A stretch of DNA of 42,078 bases from a virus (lineage: Duplodnaviria > Caudoviricetes). The translations under genes were made by a program, and so were the position numbers. Below are positions 34,538-42,078 of the stretch, piece after piece. Location of the stretch: positions 1 to 42,078 of the IMG/VR virus record IMGVR_UViG_3300048599_000790, one strand, 5' to 3'. Numbering within the stretch: position 1 is the stretch's first letter; each line of letters starts with the position of its first letter. Under the pieces are notes generated by a model that had not been told where the DNA came from, searched no databases, and saw only the letters and a list, made by a program, of their open reading frames with translations.

Positions 34538-35136
34538 ACACCCCCCTCGCTCTGACGCTCGCCGCTGTCCGCAAGTTCAAGCCCTGCGACGAAGCGATGA
34601 ACCGCCTGTCGGAAACCCTGCCCAAGCGCGGGAAGATCGATGCAGCGAAGGCCCGCGAACTCGGTGCCTCATACGAGGACATCATCTGGATCGCCTCGGC
34701 CGTCGCGATGGACAACGAAGCGGTTGCCCGGCGGCTGACGGCCTACGTCAACGACTGCGCCAAGCGGGTACTCCACTTCTGGGAAGAACGCTGGCCGGAT
34801 GATCTACGCCCGCGCAAGTCGATTGAAGCTTGTGATGGCTTTCTTGCTGGCACGGTCAGCGAGGCGGACTGGAAAGAGGCCGCATGGGCCGCACGGGCCG
34901 CATGGGCCGCACGGGACGCATGGGCCGCATGGGCCGCATGGGCCGCATGGGCCGCATGGGCCGCACGGGACGCATGGGCCGCATGGGCCGCATGGGCCGC
35001 ACGGGACGCATGGGCCGCATGGGCCGCACGGGACGCATTCTATGAATGGCAGTTCGATCGCCTCATCTACTGGCTGACCGAGGCTGATCCCAAGGCCCTT
35101 CCGATGCCGGAGCTGGCGAAGGAGCTTGCAGCATGA
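34534..35136 (+). CDS. Imm5-like domain protein with AAW/AAR/DAW repeats
   Basis: [11 protein letters not shown]...[10 protein letters not shown] followed by tripeptide repeats. Confidence 0.75.
   Translation: MNTPLALTLAAVRKFKPCDEAMNRLSETLPKRGKIDAAKARELGASYEDIIWIASAVAMDNEAVARRLTAYVNDCAKRVLHFWEERWPDDLRPRKSIEACDGFLAGTVSEADWKEAAWAARAAWAARDAWAAWAAWAAWAAWAARDAWAAWAAWAARDAWAAWAARDAFYEWQFDRLIYWLTEADPKALPMPELAKELAA
34879..35040 (+). repeat. 18 x 9-bp tandem repeat (GCCGCATGG / GCCGCACGG / GACGCATGG)
   Basis: Units counted directly from the sequence. Confidence 0.95.
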
Positions 35137-35468
35137 ACGCGCCCTTCCCGTCCGCAGACCTCGCAAAGGCACTCGGCAAGACCAGCCTGTCGCCTGAGGT
35201 GCAGCGCCAGCTCGACATGCGGGACTTCATCAGCCGTTCGCGCAACGATTTCGCGGTCCTCTTCTTCGGCGCCCGCACGGGTCAACCGCTCGCGCCCAAG
35301 CCGCTCGGCTGTAACCTCGGCTTTGCCAAGTCGGCCGCCATCATGCTCACCGATGCCGAGCGCGTTGCCCTGATGGTCCATCTTCTGGACGTCACCGAGT
35401 TCGATGCCCCCGACCTTCGCACGGAAGCGGAAACCATCCTCAACGACATTGCAGGAGCGGTGGAATGA
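35133..35468 (+). CDS. Hypothetical protein
   Basis: ATGA-coupled early operon. Confidence 0.7.
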   Translation: MNAPFPSADLAKALGKTSLSPEVQRQLDMRDFISRSRNDFAVLFFGARTGQPLAPKPLGCNLGFAKSAAIMLTDAERVALMVHLLDVTEFDAPDLRTEAETILNDIAGAVE

Positions 35469-35782
35469 GCCCCGACCTTATCGCCTTTCTCAAGGCTTGG
35501 CACGATTGGGCGACCAGTGGGGCGCCGGATGGGGAGCCGTTCTGGCGGAAGCACGGATTGTGCGGAAGCGCCAAGCGATTTGCCAAAACAGAGGATGCTG
35601 CGGATACCCTTTGGGAGGATTTTGCTGAAACCTTCTGGGAAGGTGCCGAATTAGAAGTAATTTATCCGTTCGGGGTCAGTGACTACCGCAGACGCTTAAA
35701 ATCAGCCACCCAACACGAATGCCCCAAGCGCCTCGCATGGGTCCGTGAACGGCTGATCGAAGCCGGGGAGCTTGTCGCATGA
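35465..35782 (+). CDS. Hypothetical protein
   Basis: ATGA-coupled; GLC...PF...RLAWV pattern. Confidence 0.7.
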   Translation: MSPDLIAFLKAWHDWATSGAPDGEPFWRKHGLCGSAKRFAKTEDAADTLWEDFAETFWEGAELEVIYPFGVSDYRRRLKSATQHECPKRLAWVRERLIEAGELVA

Positions 35783-36021
35783 TGCTCCTCGACCCCGCAC
35801 CCCTCTCCGAGCCTGTGTGCGATCCGTTCTACGACTGGAACACCCTTGGTGAGGCCATCGAGCAGCACGGTCGCGATATCGACGCCTACCAGCGCCAGCA
35901 CCGCGCCGCATGGGCCGAGCGCCATCAGGAACGTCTAGCCATCATCGCCCGCTTCGGACTGCCTGACAGCCTGTTCCTGCGCGGTCCTGACCATCCCACC
36001 CTTACCGGAGCCCCCGCATGA
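35779..36021 (+). CDS. Hypothetical protein
   Basis: ATGA-coupled. Confidence 0.65.
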   Translation: MMLLDPAPLSEPVCDPFYDWNTLGEAIEQHGRDIDAYQRQHRAAWAERHQERLAIIARFGLPDSLFLRGPDHPTLTGAPA

Positions 36022-36338
36022 CCGCTCGCCGCTTCCAATTCACCGTCGATCATATGGTCGGGCGCCGTGAAATCGAACTGGTCGTTACCTACAGCGTGAC
36101 GCCCTTTGTCGCCGCGACCTACTGGCAGCCTGCCGAGGGCGGAGAATGCGAGATCGTTTCCGTCAAGCGCGATGGCAAGGAATTCCCGCTTTCCGCCGAG
36201 GAAGAGGATGCGCTGCTTGAACAGGCCATCGCTCGCTCGGCTGAGGATTGGGCGGAGGATGCGGCCGCCGAGGCTGACTGGCGGTACCAGGAATATCGCG
36301 ACCGGCTTCTCATGGAGAAATGGGAGGATCGGGTATGA
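36018..36338 (+). CDS. Acidic hypothetical protein
   Basis: ATGA-coupled; PAEGGECEI motif. Confidence 0.7.
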   Translation: MTARRFQFTVDHMVGRREIELVVTYSVTPFVAATYWQPAEGGECEIVSVKRDGKEFPLSAEEEDALLEQAIARSAEDWAEDAAAEADWRYQEYRDRLLMEKWEDRV

Positions 36339-36592
36339 GCAATCCGCATAACCCGCCCGCGTTCCCAAACAGCGGCGCTTACGGGCATACTGGCGAGTAC
36401 CTCCCCGAAGGCGGCATGACCCTTCGCGACTGGTTCGCTGGGCAGGCGCTCGCGATCCTCGACCAGACCACTGCCCTCACGATTGCAAAGATGGATCGGA
36501 CGACGCCTGCGGCTGTCCTCGCCAAAAACGCATACGCTATCGCCGACGCCATGCTCGCCGCCCGCGGCCCCAATCCCGGGGAGGCTGTGTGA
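36335..36592 (+). CDS. Conserved phage protein (GMTLRDWFA family)
   Basis: PAFP...GMTLRDWFAGQAL...AYAIADAMLAAR. Confidence 0.8.
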   Translation: MSNPHNPPAFPNSGAYGHTGEYLPEGGMTLRDWFAGQALAILDQTTALTIAKMDRTTPAAVLAKNAYAIADAMLAARGPNPGEAV

Positions 36593-36750
36593 TGGACTGG
36601 CCCGCTCGCTTCCTGTGCTGGCCCATCTCTGTCGGCTTCCTGATCGCCACCGGAGCCAATGCCGACGCCGGTCACACTGGAATGACGTTCGCGTGTCTCA
36701 CGGGCTTCATTGGTCATGTGCTGCTCGGCCTGTTCGGAGAGCAGCTATGA
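36592..36750 (+). CDS. Small membrane protein
   Basis: MDWPARFLCWPISVGFLIA...; coupled on both sides. Confidence 0.5.
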   Translation: MDWPARFLCWPISVGFLIATGANADAGHTGMTFACLTGFIGHVLLGLFGEQL

Positions 36751-36890
36751 TCCGCGCCTTCAACCACCATCGCCGCCTCGTCTCCGACCCGATGACAGAG
36801 GCCTATCGCGAGCAGCCCTCAGACTGGCTCGCCGTCCCGATGACTACCGTCTTGGTCGTTGTTCTCACTATCGTTTGGGCCGTGTCGTGA
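36747..36890 (+). CDS. Small protein with C-terminal TM
   Basis: ATGA-coupled; MIRAFNHH...VLVVVLTIVWAVS. Confidence 0.5.
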   Translation: MIRAFNHHRRLVSDPMTEAYREQPSDWLAVPMTTVLVVVLTIVWAVS

Positions 36891-36999
36891 TGATTCCGGC
36901 GCATCGCTACGCGACCGGGGCTTTCGCCGCTTCGCGGCCGAGCCAGCTTCGCCGTCTCGCCCCTTCGGGCTTCAATCCCCTTGCGAAAGGAAAATACCA

Positions 37000-37833
37000 G
37001 TGAACGCTCTTGTTCCTGTCTCGGCTGCGCCAGCGCTCAGCATGGACGACATCAAACAGGTGGCGCTTGCCATCGCCAAGGGAGGATTGTTCGGCTCGAC
37101 CGACCCCAATGCCGTCCTGACGCTTTGCCTTTTGGCGCAAGCTGAGGGTCAACATCCCGCGGTCGTGTTCCGCGATTATCATATCATTCAGGGCAAGCCC
37201 GCGAAGAAGGCTGACGCCATGCTGCGCGACTTCATCACGTCGGGCGGCAAAGTCGAATGGCACGCGCTCACTGACGAATGCGCCGACGCCACCTTTACGC
37301 ACCCGAGCGGTTCGGCGAGAATCGACTGGACATTGGAGCGCGCGAAGGCCGCTGGCATCAACAACCCCATGTGGCGCAAATACCCGCGCCAGATGCTTCG
37401 CAGCCGCGTCATCAGCGAGGGCGTCCGCACCGTGTTTCCCGGCGCGACCAGCGGCCTCTACGAAGTTGATGAGCTGCGGGACGTGGCAAGCGAAGCCGCT
37501 GCCCCGGCGCCCGCCGACGAGCCAGCGACGAAGCGCGGTCTTGACGGCCCGTACACCTCGAAAAAGGCACTTAAGGACGCCGTGGAGGCTCACCAGCGCG
37601 AGATGATGCGCTGCGGCGACGAGGACACGCTGACCTGCCTCATGGCGACCGACGACGCCAAGGCGCTGTTCGCTCAGTGCGAACGCGATGCTCCCCATTA
37701 TCTGCACGGCGGCGAACCCGCCCCGCCCGAGTGGATCGGCATCTACCAGCGCGAAAAGGAAATGCTCGACCAATTCCGGATCGAAGCCGCGACCTACGAA
37801 CCCGCCGAAGAAAAGGAAACTACCGATGCCTAA
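37000..37833 (+). CDS. recT: RecT/Redbeta-like single-strand annealing protein
   Basis: HIIQGKP and WRKYPRQML.SR...R..FP...GLY motifs; AGGA RBS before GTG 37000. Confidence 0.8.
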   Translation: MNALVPVSAAPALSMDDIKQVALAIAKGGLFGSTDPNAVLTLCLLAQAEGQHPAVVFRDYHIIQGKPAKKADAMLRDFITSGGKVEWHALTDECADATFTHPSGSARIDWTLERAKAAGINNPMWRKYPRQMLRSRVISEGVRTVFPGATSGLYEVDELRDVASEAAAPAPADEPATKRGLDGPYTSKKALKDAVEAHQREMMRCGDEDTLTCLMATDDAKALFAQCERDAPHYLHGGEPAPPEWIGIYQREKEMLDQFRIEAATYEPAEEKETTDA

Positions 37834-38152
37834 GAAGATCAAAGACCTCGCCGTCGCGACCGGCACCTATCGCAACTCGTACAACGAGGAAAAACGCCGT
37901 TACATGAACTGCGGCGCGCTCATGGAAGGTGACGAGGGCGGCATGTTCATCATGCTCAACAAGTACATCGACTATGGGAAAATTCCATCGCAGGGCGACA
38001 GTCTTCTTATCTCGGTGTTCGACCTCAAGGACCGCGACCAGTTGGGCGGCAACAATGCCGCCGGCCATCAGAACCAGAATGGCATGGGCACCCGCGACGA
38101 TATCAGCCGCGTTCAGACTCGGGACGATCTCGACGACGACGTTCCGTTCTGA
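37826..38152 (+). CDS. Putative single-stranded DNA-binding protein
   Basis: Acidic C-terminal DDLDDDVPF tail; follows the annealing protein. Confidence 0.75.
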   Translation: MPKKIKDLAVATGTYRNSYNEEKRRYMNCGALMEGDEGGMFIMLNKYIDYGKIPSQGDSLLISVFDLKDRDQLGGNNAAGHQNQNGMGTRDDISRVQTRDDLDDDVPF

Positions 38153-38154
38153 CC

Positions 38155-38463
38155 ATGGGCGCGCTCCCCAAACCCTGCAAGCCAGCGAAATATCCCGCGC
38201 ACCTCGATTACGTGCGGTCTCTGCCTTGCTTGGTTTGCGGACGCAAAGCGCAGGCGCACCACGACCGCTCGGGGCTTCGTTCCAAGGATGACCGGAAGTC
38301 GGTGCCGCTCTGCGAGGAGCATCATACTGGACGCTGGGGCATCCACGGCCTCGGCAGCGTCAAGGCCTTTTATCAAGAGCATGGGATTTGGATACCGACC
38401 GAGGCGGACCGGATCGAAGCCGATGGGGTCGAGAAGGGATATTTGCCGTGCCTCACCGCGTAA
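38155..38463 (+). CDS. DUF968-like HNH nuclease
   Basis: YVRSLPCLVCG..AHH...DD...VPLC..HH...H. Confidence 0.8.
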   Translation: MGALPKPCKPAKYPAHLDYVRSLPCLVCGRKAQAHHDRSGLRSKDDRKSVPLCEEHHTGRWGIHGLGSVKAFYQEHGIWIPTEADRIEADGVEKGYLPCLTA

Positions 38464-38912
38464 TCAACAACAAGGACGACCTCGACCAGCTCGTAACCTT
38501 GTTCAATGGGCTGGCACTTCCGTTCACCGCTGAGTGGCAGCTAGGCCGCGACCGATCGCTCGACCAGAACCGCTTGCAATTTCTGTGGGCTCGGGAGGCA
38601 GCCGAGCAGCGCGGAGACATGACGCCCGACGAGGTGCGGTGCGAGTGGAAGCTGATTTACGGCGTGCCGATCATGCGGGAGGTTGCGGACTGGCGCGCGG
38701 ACTACGACGCGACAGTGAAGGGCCTTCCCTATGCCCTCAAACTCAAGCTGATGCGTCGATACGATGTCACCAGCGATATGAAGGTGCCGCAGATGGTGCG
38801 CTACCTCGACACGATCCAGCGGGAGTGCGCCGAGCAAGGCATCCGGCTCACCGACCCCGACCCTGACCTCAACAGCTACCACGCGCGGTATCGCTCGAAG
38901 CAAGCCGCCTGA
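38448..38912 (+). CDS. NinB/Orf-like recombination mediator
   Basis: RSLDQNRL..W, TSDM.V.QM..YLD.I and GIRL motifs. Confidence 0.75.
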   Translation: MPHRVINNKDDLDQLVTLFNGLALPFTAEWQLGRDRSLDQNRLQFLWAREAAEQRGDMTPDEVRCEWKLIYGVPIMREVADWRADYDATVKGLPYALKLKLMRRYDVTSDMKVPQMVRYLDTIQRECAEQGIRLTDPDPDLNSYHARYRSKQAA

Positions 38913-38988
38913 CTTCCCCGCCGACGCGCCGGCCATCCGTCAGCGAAGCGCGATCCCCCATTTCGCTGACGGTAGAAGGATCAAGACG

Positions 38989-39570
38989 ATGGACACCCCC
39001 GAGACAGCAACGGTCGAGGTAACGCAGTGCATGACGAAACGTCAGAAGCAATGGGCGACCCGGTACGCCCGTTACGGTGAGTCCGGACTTAAACCCCGCC
39101 CGCGTTCTGAGCCTGTAAAGCCGGCACCTGACAGGATGCTCCATAGCCGCCCTATCCCGCCGTTGGGTCCGGACGACATCGCCCGCTTCTGGGCGGAAGT
39201 CGAGAAAACTGACAATTGTTGGAACTGGCGACGCAGCGTCAGCGGGAATGCTACGCATCGGTACGGCGACTTCCGATGCGCGGGCAAGTCCTACCGCGCA
39301 CACCGAATTTCCTATCACATCGCCCATGGGGGGATTCCAGACGGCATGGTCATCGACCATCTGTGCCGCAACGTCCGCTGTGTAAACCCAGCCCATCTGG
39401 AAGCTGTGACGAGCGGCGAGAATACCAGGCGTGGCCTATCATTTCCGACGCACTGCAAGCGTGGGCACGTACTTTCGGGCAGCAACGTCCGGCTCGTCGG
39501 GCATCAACGCCGATGTCGCGCGTGCCAGCGCATCCGAACCCAAAAATGTCGGGAGAAGAAGAATGGTTGA
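38989..39570 (+). CDS. HNH homing endonuclease
   Basis: CWNW, YG.F, AHRISY, IDHLCRNVRCVNPAHLE.VT..EN, THCKRGH and CRAC. Confidence 0.92.
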   Translation: MDTPETATVEVTQCMTKRQKQWATRYARYGESGLKPRPRSEPVKPAPDRMLHSRPIPPLGPDDIARFWAEVEKTDNCWNWRRSVSGNATHRYGDFRCAGKSYRAHRISYHIAHGGIPDGMVIDHLCRNVRCVNPAHLEAVTSGENTRRGLSFPTHCKRGHVLSGSNVRLVGHQRRCRACQRIRTQKCREKKNG

Positions 39571-40081
39571 GGTCACTCAAGCTGACCACGATGCGGCGCA
39601 GGAGTATATGCGGCTCTTCCCGGACCTTCGACTGCCCGAAGCCTTCGCCCGCCACCGCACCTGCGCCACCCGACAGGATGAGTTGAGGGAGGCGCTGGCG
39701 CACGAGGAACGCAAAGCCGTCCTGCAAAACAAGCGGGTCAACGACGCGATCCAGACCGCTCTTGAGCGTGGCGAGCTGACCGTCACTGGCAACGGCTATC
39801 TCGCCGCCCTTTCGGACAGCAGCACCCGAGAGGAGAGCGGGGCGGACACCAACGCGGGGGACGCGTTGAGGGAGGCAGGCTGGTCCTATGTCGCCGCGCT
39901 TCCCATGTGGTCCGTTGCAGTCGTCACCGACGGCGAGCGCGTTGCCATCGCTCAGAAGGCCGAGGCGGACTTCGACGGCTACTATTGGGCTATCGAGCCT
40001 GAGGATGCGCTTGACTGGGAGCCGACCCATTGCATCGCGCTTCCCGCCGCCCTCTCCGCTTCCCCCGAAGGAGAGGGGTGA
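39563..40081 (+). CDS. Hypothetical protein (C-terminal PTH motif)
   Basis: RBS GGAG; overlaps the HNH stop codon. Confidence 0.65.
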   Translation: MVEVTQADHDAAQEYMRLFPDLRLPEAFARHRTCATRQDELREALAHEERKAVLQNKRVNDAIQTALERGELTVTGNGYLAALSDSSTREESGADTNAGDALREAGWSYVAALPMWSVAVVTDGERVAIAQKAEADFDGYYWAIEPEDALDWEPTHCIALPAALSASPEGEG

Positions 40082-40287
40082 TGGCCTATCCCAAAATCCT
40101 GCCGTGCAAGTGCGGCAACGCCGATCTGGAAATCTACAAATACGAGAATGGCTGGCAACACGTCGAATGTGACGAATGCCACTATATGGGGCCGGGACAG
40201 GGTTCAAAGTTGTGGGCCATCCGCCGCCATAACGAGCATATTCGTGCCGTTGCTACCCCCGACAAAGAGAAGGGCGCAGGGCAATGA
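40081..40287 (+). CDS. Lar-like restriction-alleviation zinc-finger protein
   Basis: LPCKCG...VECDEC...G...AIRRHN. Confidence 0.65.
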   Translation: MAYPKILPCKCGNADLEIYKYENGWQHVECDECHYMGPGQGSKLWAIRRHNEHIRAVATPDKEKGAGQ

Positions 40288-40670
40288 GCCGCGACCTGAT
40301 CGAGCGGCTGCGAGCCGATGCGGCCAGTAGCGGTGAAGGCTACCAGTGCGTCTGCTATGTGCGGACGATCAACGAAGCCGCCGACGAGATCACCCGCCTC
40401 CGCGCCGAACTCTCCTCCCTACGCGGGGAGGGGGAGCACACCGTACTGGAGGTGTTTCGCGCAATAATGGTCGCCAATGGCGATACAGACCCGGGTGGCG
40501 CGTCCAAGGGCATGTTTGAAAACCTCCATCCGAACGAACGAGGATATGTCGAGGCAGTTACTGCCGCCCTCGCCTCGATCCCCAGCACAACTATAGATTC
40601 TCAACCCGACCGTGCCGGAAAATCCGCCAGCGTTGCACGGAGCCCCCAGACGCTGGCGGGAAAGGAATAG
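40284..40670 (+). CDS. Hypothetical protein
   Basis: DLIERLR...EAADEITRLRAE motif. Confidence 0.7.
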   Translation: MSRDLIERLRADAASSGEGYQCVCYVRTINEAADEITRLRAELSSLRGEGEHTVLEVFRAIMVANGDTDPGGASKGMFENLHPNERGYVEAVTAALASIPSTTIDSQPDRAGKSASVARSPQTLAGKE

Positions 40671-40817
40671 GACGATGACTTATGGATCGACCTCCCGCAA
40701 CTTTGACCGCCTGACCCGCTCTGCGCCCCGCGAGACGCAGGCACAATGGTCTAGGCGAACCGGCCCCCTCCTCCCCTTGGAACAGCCCCGCAAGGGATGG
40801 CTGGGGAGGATATTCGG

Positions 40818-41000
40818 GTGACGGCGCCCGCGCGTGTAACTCAGGCTGACTATGACCGCGCGGTGAAGGCTTGCCGTGATGGCGGCTATCAGGGCGCGCG
40901 CATTCGGATTGACCTCGCCGCGCAAACCATCGACATCTTCCTCGGCGACGCCGCGAGTAGCGCGCCGCCCGACCACACCGAGGATGATGACTATGACTAA
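40818..41000 (+). CDS. Putative excisionase / recombination directionality factor
   Basis: Small gene overlapping the int start; VTQADYDRAVKA motif. Confidence 0.6.
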   Translation: MTAPARVTQADYDRAVKACRDGGYQGARIRIDLAAQTIDIFLGDAASSAPPDHTEDDDYD

Positions 41001-42078
41001 GGACTGGCCTCCCCCGCATGTCAGCATTGTGACCGATCGGCACGGCAAGAAGCGGTTCCGCTATCGCCGCGCCGGAGTGAAGGGCGGCTATATCGGCGCA
41101 GAGCCGAAAACGCAAGAATTTTGGCAGATTTACGCCGATTTTGAAGCGCAGGGCGTGGCCGAAAAGCAGCCCGTCAAGCGCGAGTTCAAGCCCTATAGCA
41201 TGGACGACTTGGCCGCGAAAGTGAAGCGCACGCGCAAATGGAACGAGATGCTCCCGCGAGGGCAGGCCGTCAAAGGCCGGATCATCGAGCGCCTGCTCGA
41301 CAAGCGCAACAAGGCTGGCACGCGGCTCGGCGACCGCGACGCGCGCACCGTGACGATTGCGACCTTGGACGGCATCCTCGGCAAGCTGACGCACGGAACC
41401 GCCGGGAACTTCCGCAAGGAGATGAAGCGCCTGTTTGCCTATGCCGTGAAGCTGAAATGGCGCGCGGATAATCCCGCCAAGGACACCGACCCGGTAAAGC
41501 AGGGCAAAGGCTGGCACACATGGACGAACGAGGAAATCGAACAGTACCGGGCCACGCACCCCTATGGGACGACGGCCCGGCTCGTTCTGGAACTGGCGCT
41601 CAATACGACGGCGCGCCGCTGTAATCTGAACGACCTTGAGCGACGGCAAATCGTTGGAGACAAAATCGAGGTGGCCCACGCAAAGGGCAATGACGAAACC
41701 AAAGTGCCGATCCTGCCCGAGACGCGGCTCGCGCTCGACGCGATGCCTACGACCCACATAAAATATCTGATCGTCGGCGCCCATGGGAAGCCGTACACGG
41801 TCGAAGGATTGGGCAACAAGATGCGTCGCTGGTGCGACCGCGCCGCCCTTCCCCACTGCTCCCTTCACGGCCTGCGGAAAGCCACCAGTCGCCAGCTTGC
41901 CGAGTCGGGTGCGAGCGATGCCGAGGGCCGCGCCGTCACCGGGCACAAGAAGGACGCCACCTTCGCCTACTATGCCGCGAAGGCCAATCGCGAGGCGCTT
42001 GCGGACCACGCCTTGTCCAACCTTGTAGCTAGCCGGATTGTCCAACCCGAAAAAAGCGATGGAACTACAGATGCTTGA
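40993..42078 (+). CDS. int: Tyrosine recombinase (phage integrase)
   Basis: N-terminal DRHGKKRFRYRR arm-binding region; catalytic R (ARR), K, HGLRK, GH and Y. Confidence 0.95.
   Translation: MTKDWPPPHVSIVTDRHGKKRFRYRRAGVKGGYIGAEPKTQEFWQIYADFEAQGVAEKQPVKREFKPYSMDDLAAKVKRTRKWNEMLPRGQAVKGRIIERLLDKRNKAGTRLGDRDARTVTIATLDGILGKLTHGTAGNFRKEMKRLFAYAVKLKWRADNPAKDTDPVKQGKGWHTWTNEEIEQYRATHPYGTTARLVLELALNTTARRCNLNDLERRQIVGDKIEVAHAKGNDETKVPILPETRLALDAMPTTHIKYLIVGAHGKPYTVEGLGNKMRRWCDRAALPHCSLHGLRKATSRQLAESGASDAEGRAVTGHKKDATFAYYAAKANREALADHALSNLVASRIVQPEKSDGTTDA
42013..42047 (+). repeat. Candidate integrase arm-type sites TTGTCCAACC (two copies)
   Basis: Match the motifs at 386 and 434. Confidence 0.6.

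Larger units (their letters stand above)
335..42078. mobile_element. Temperate prophage, P22-like podovirus virion genes with lambdoid regulation; probably complete, with the other att and the intact tRNA expected just beyond the right edge
   Basis: Continuous phage gene set (lysis, tail, head, terminase, replication, cI/cro, recombination, xis/int), bounded on the left by a tRNA 3'-end fragment and on the right by the integrase. Confidence 0.95.

Noticed and set aside
34879-35040. Possible CRISPR or other spacer array
   Set aside because: Contiguous units with no unique spacers; no cas genes
34799-35172. GPH, CGP and MRP repeat ORFs in other frames (collagen-like appearance)
   Set aside because: By-products of the 9-bp repeat; the AAW frame belongs to a coupled gene with a recognisable domain
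40591-42045. 484-aa minus-strand ORF
   Set aside because: Antisense shadow of the integrase

Overview
The window holds an apparently complete ~41.7 kb temperate prophage of a GC-rich alphaproteobacterium, probably a sphingomonad (inferred). It has P22-like podoviral morphogenesis genes: terminase, portal, scaffold, coat, gp4/gp10-like stabilisation, three ejection proteins and a multipart tailspike. The control region is lambdoid (cI/cro with GTGCAT-N-ATGCAC operators). It also carries replication, recombination and lysis modules, and a tyrosine integrase at the right end. The left boundary is a 19-bp displaced tRNA 3' end (335-353), preceded by a decayed serine-recombinase remnant. The most notable observations are: (1) a ~170-240 nt highly structured candidate ncRNA with its own promoter after the lysis genes; (2) a second structured RNA candidate at the end of the immunity region; (3) an orphan C5-cytosine methyltransferase split into alpha and beta chains encoded in overlapping frames, as in M.EcoHK31I; (4) a LexA-box-controlled small gene convergent on cI, next to overlapping DnaA and CtrA-like boxes; (5) a repeated palindromic late-promoter motif; (6) a predicted H-type pseudoknot after cro; (7) a stand-alone RNA ligase. 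All family assignments come from motif recognition by eye; no database searches were run.
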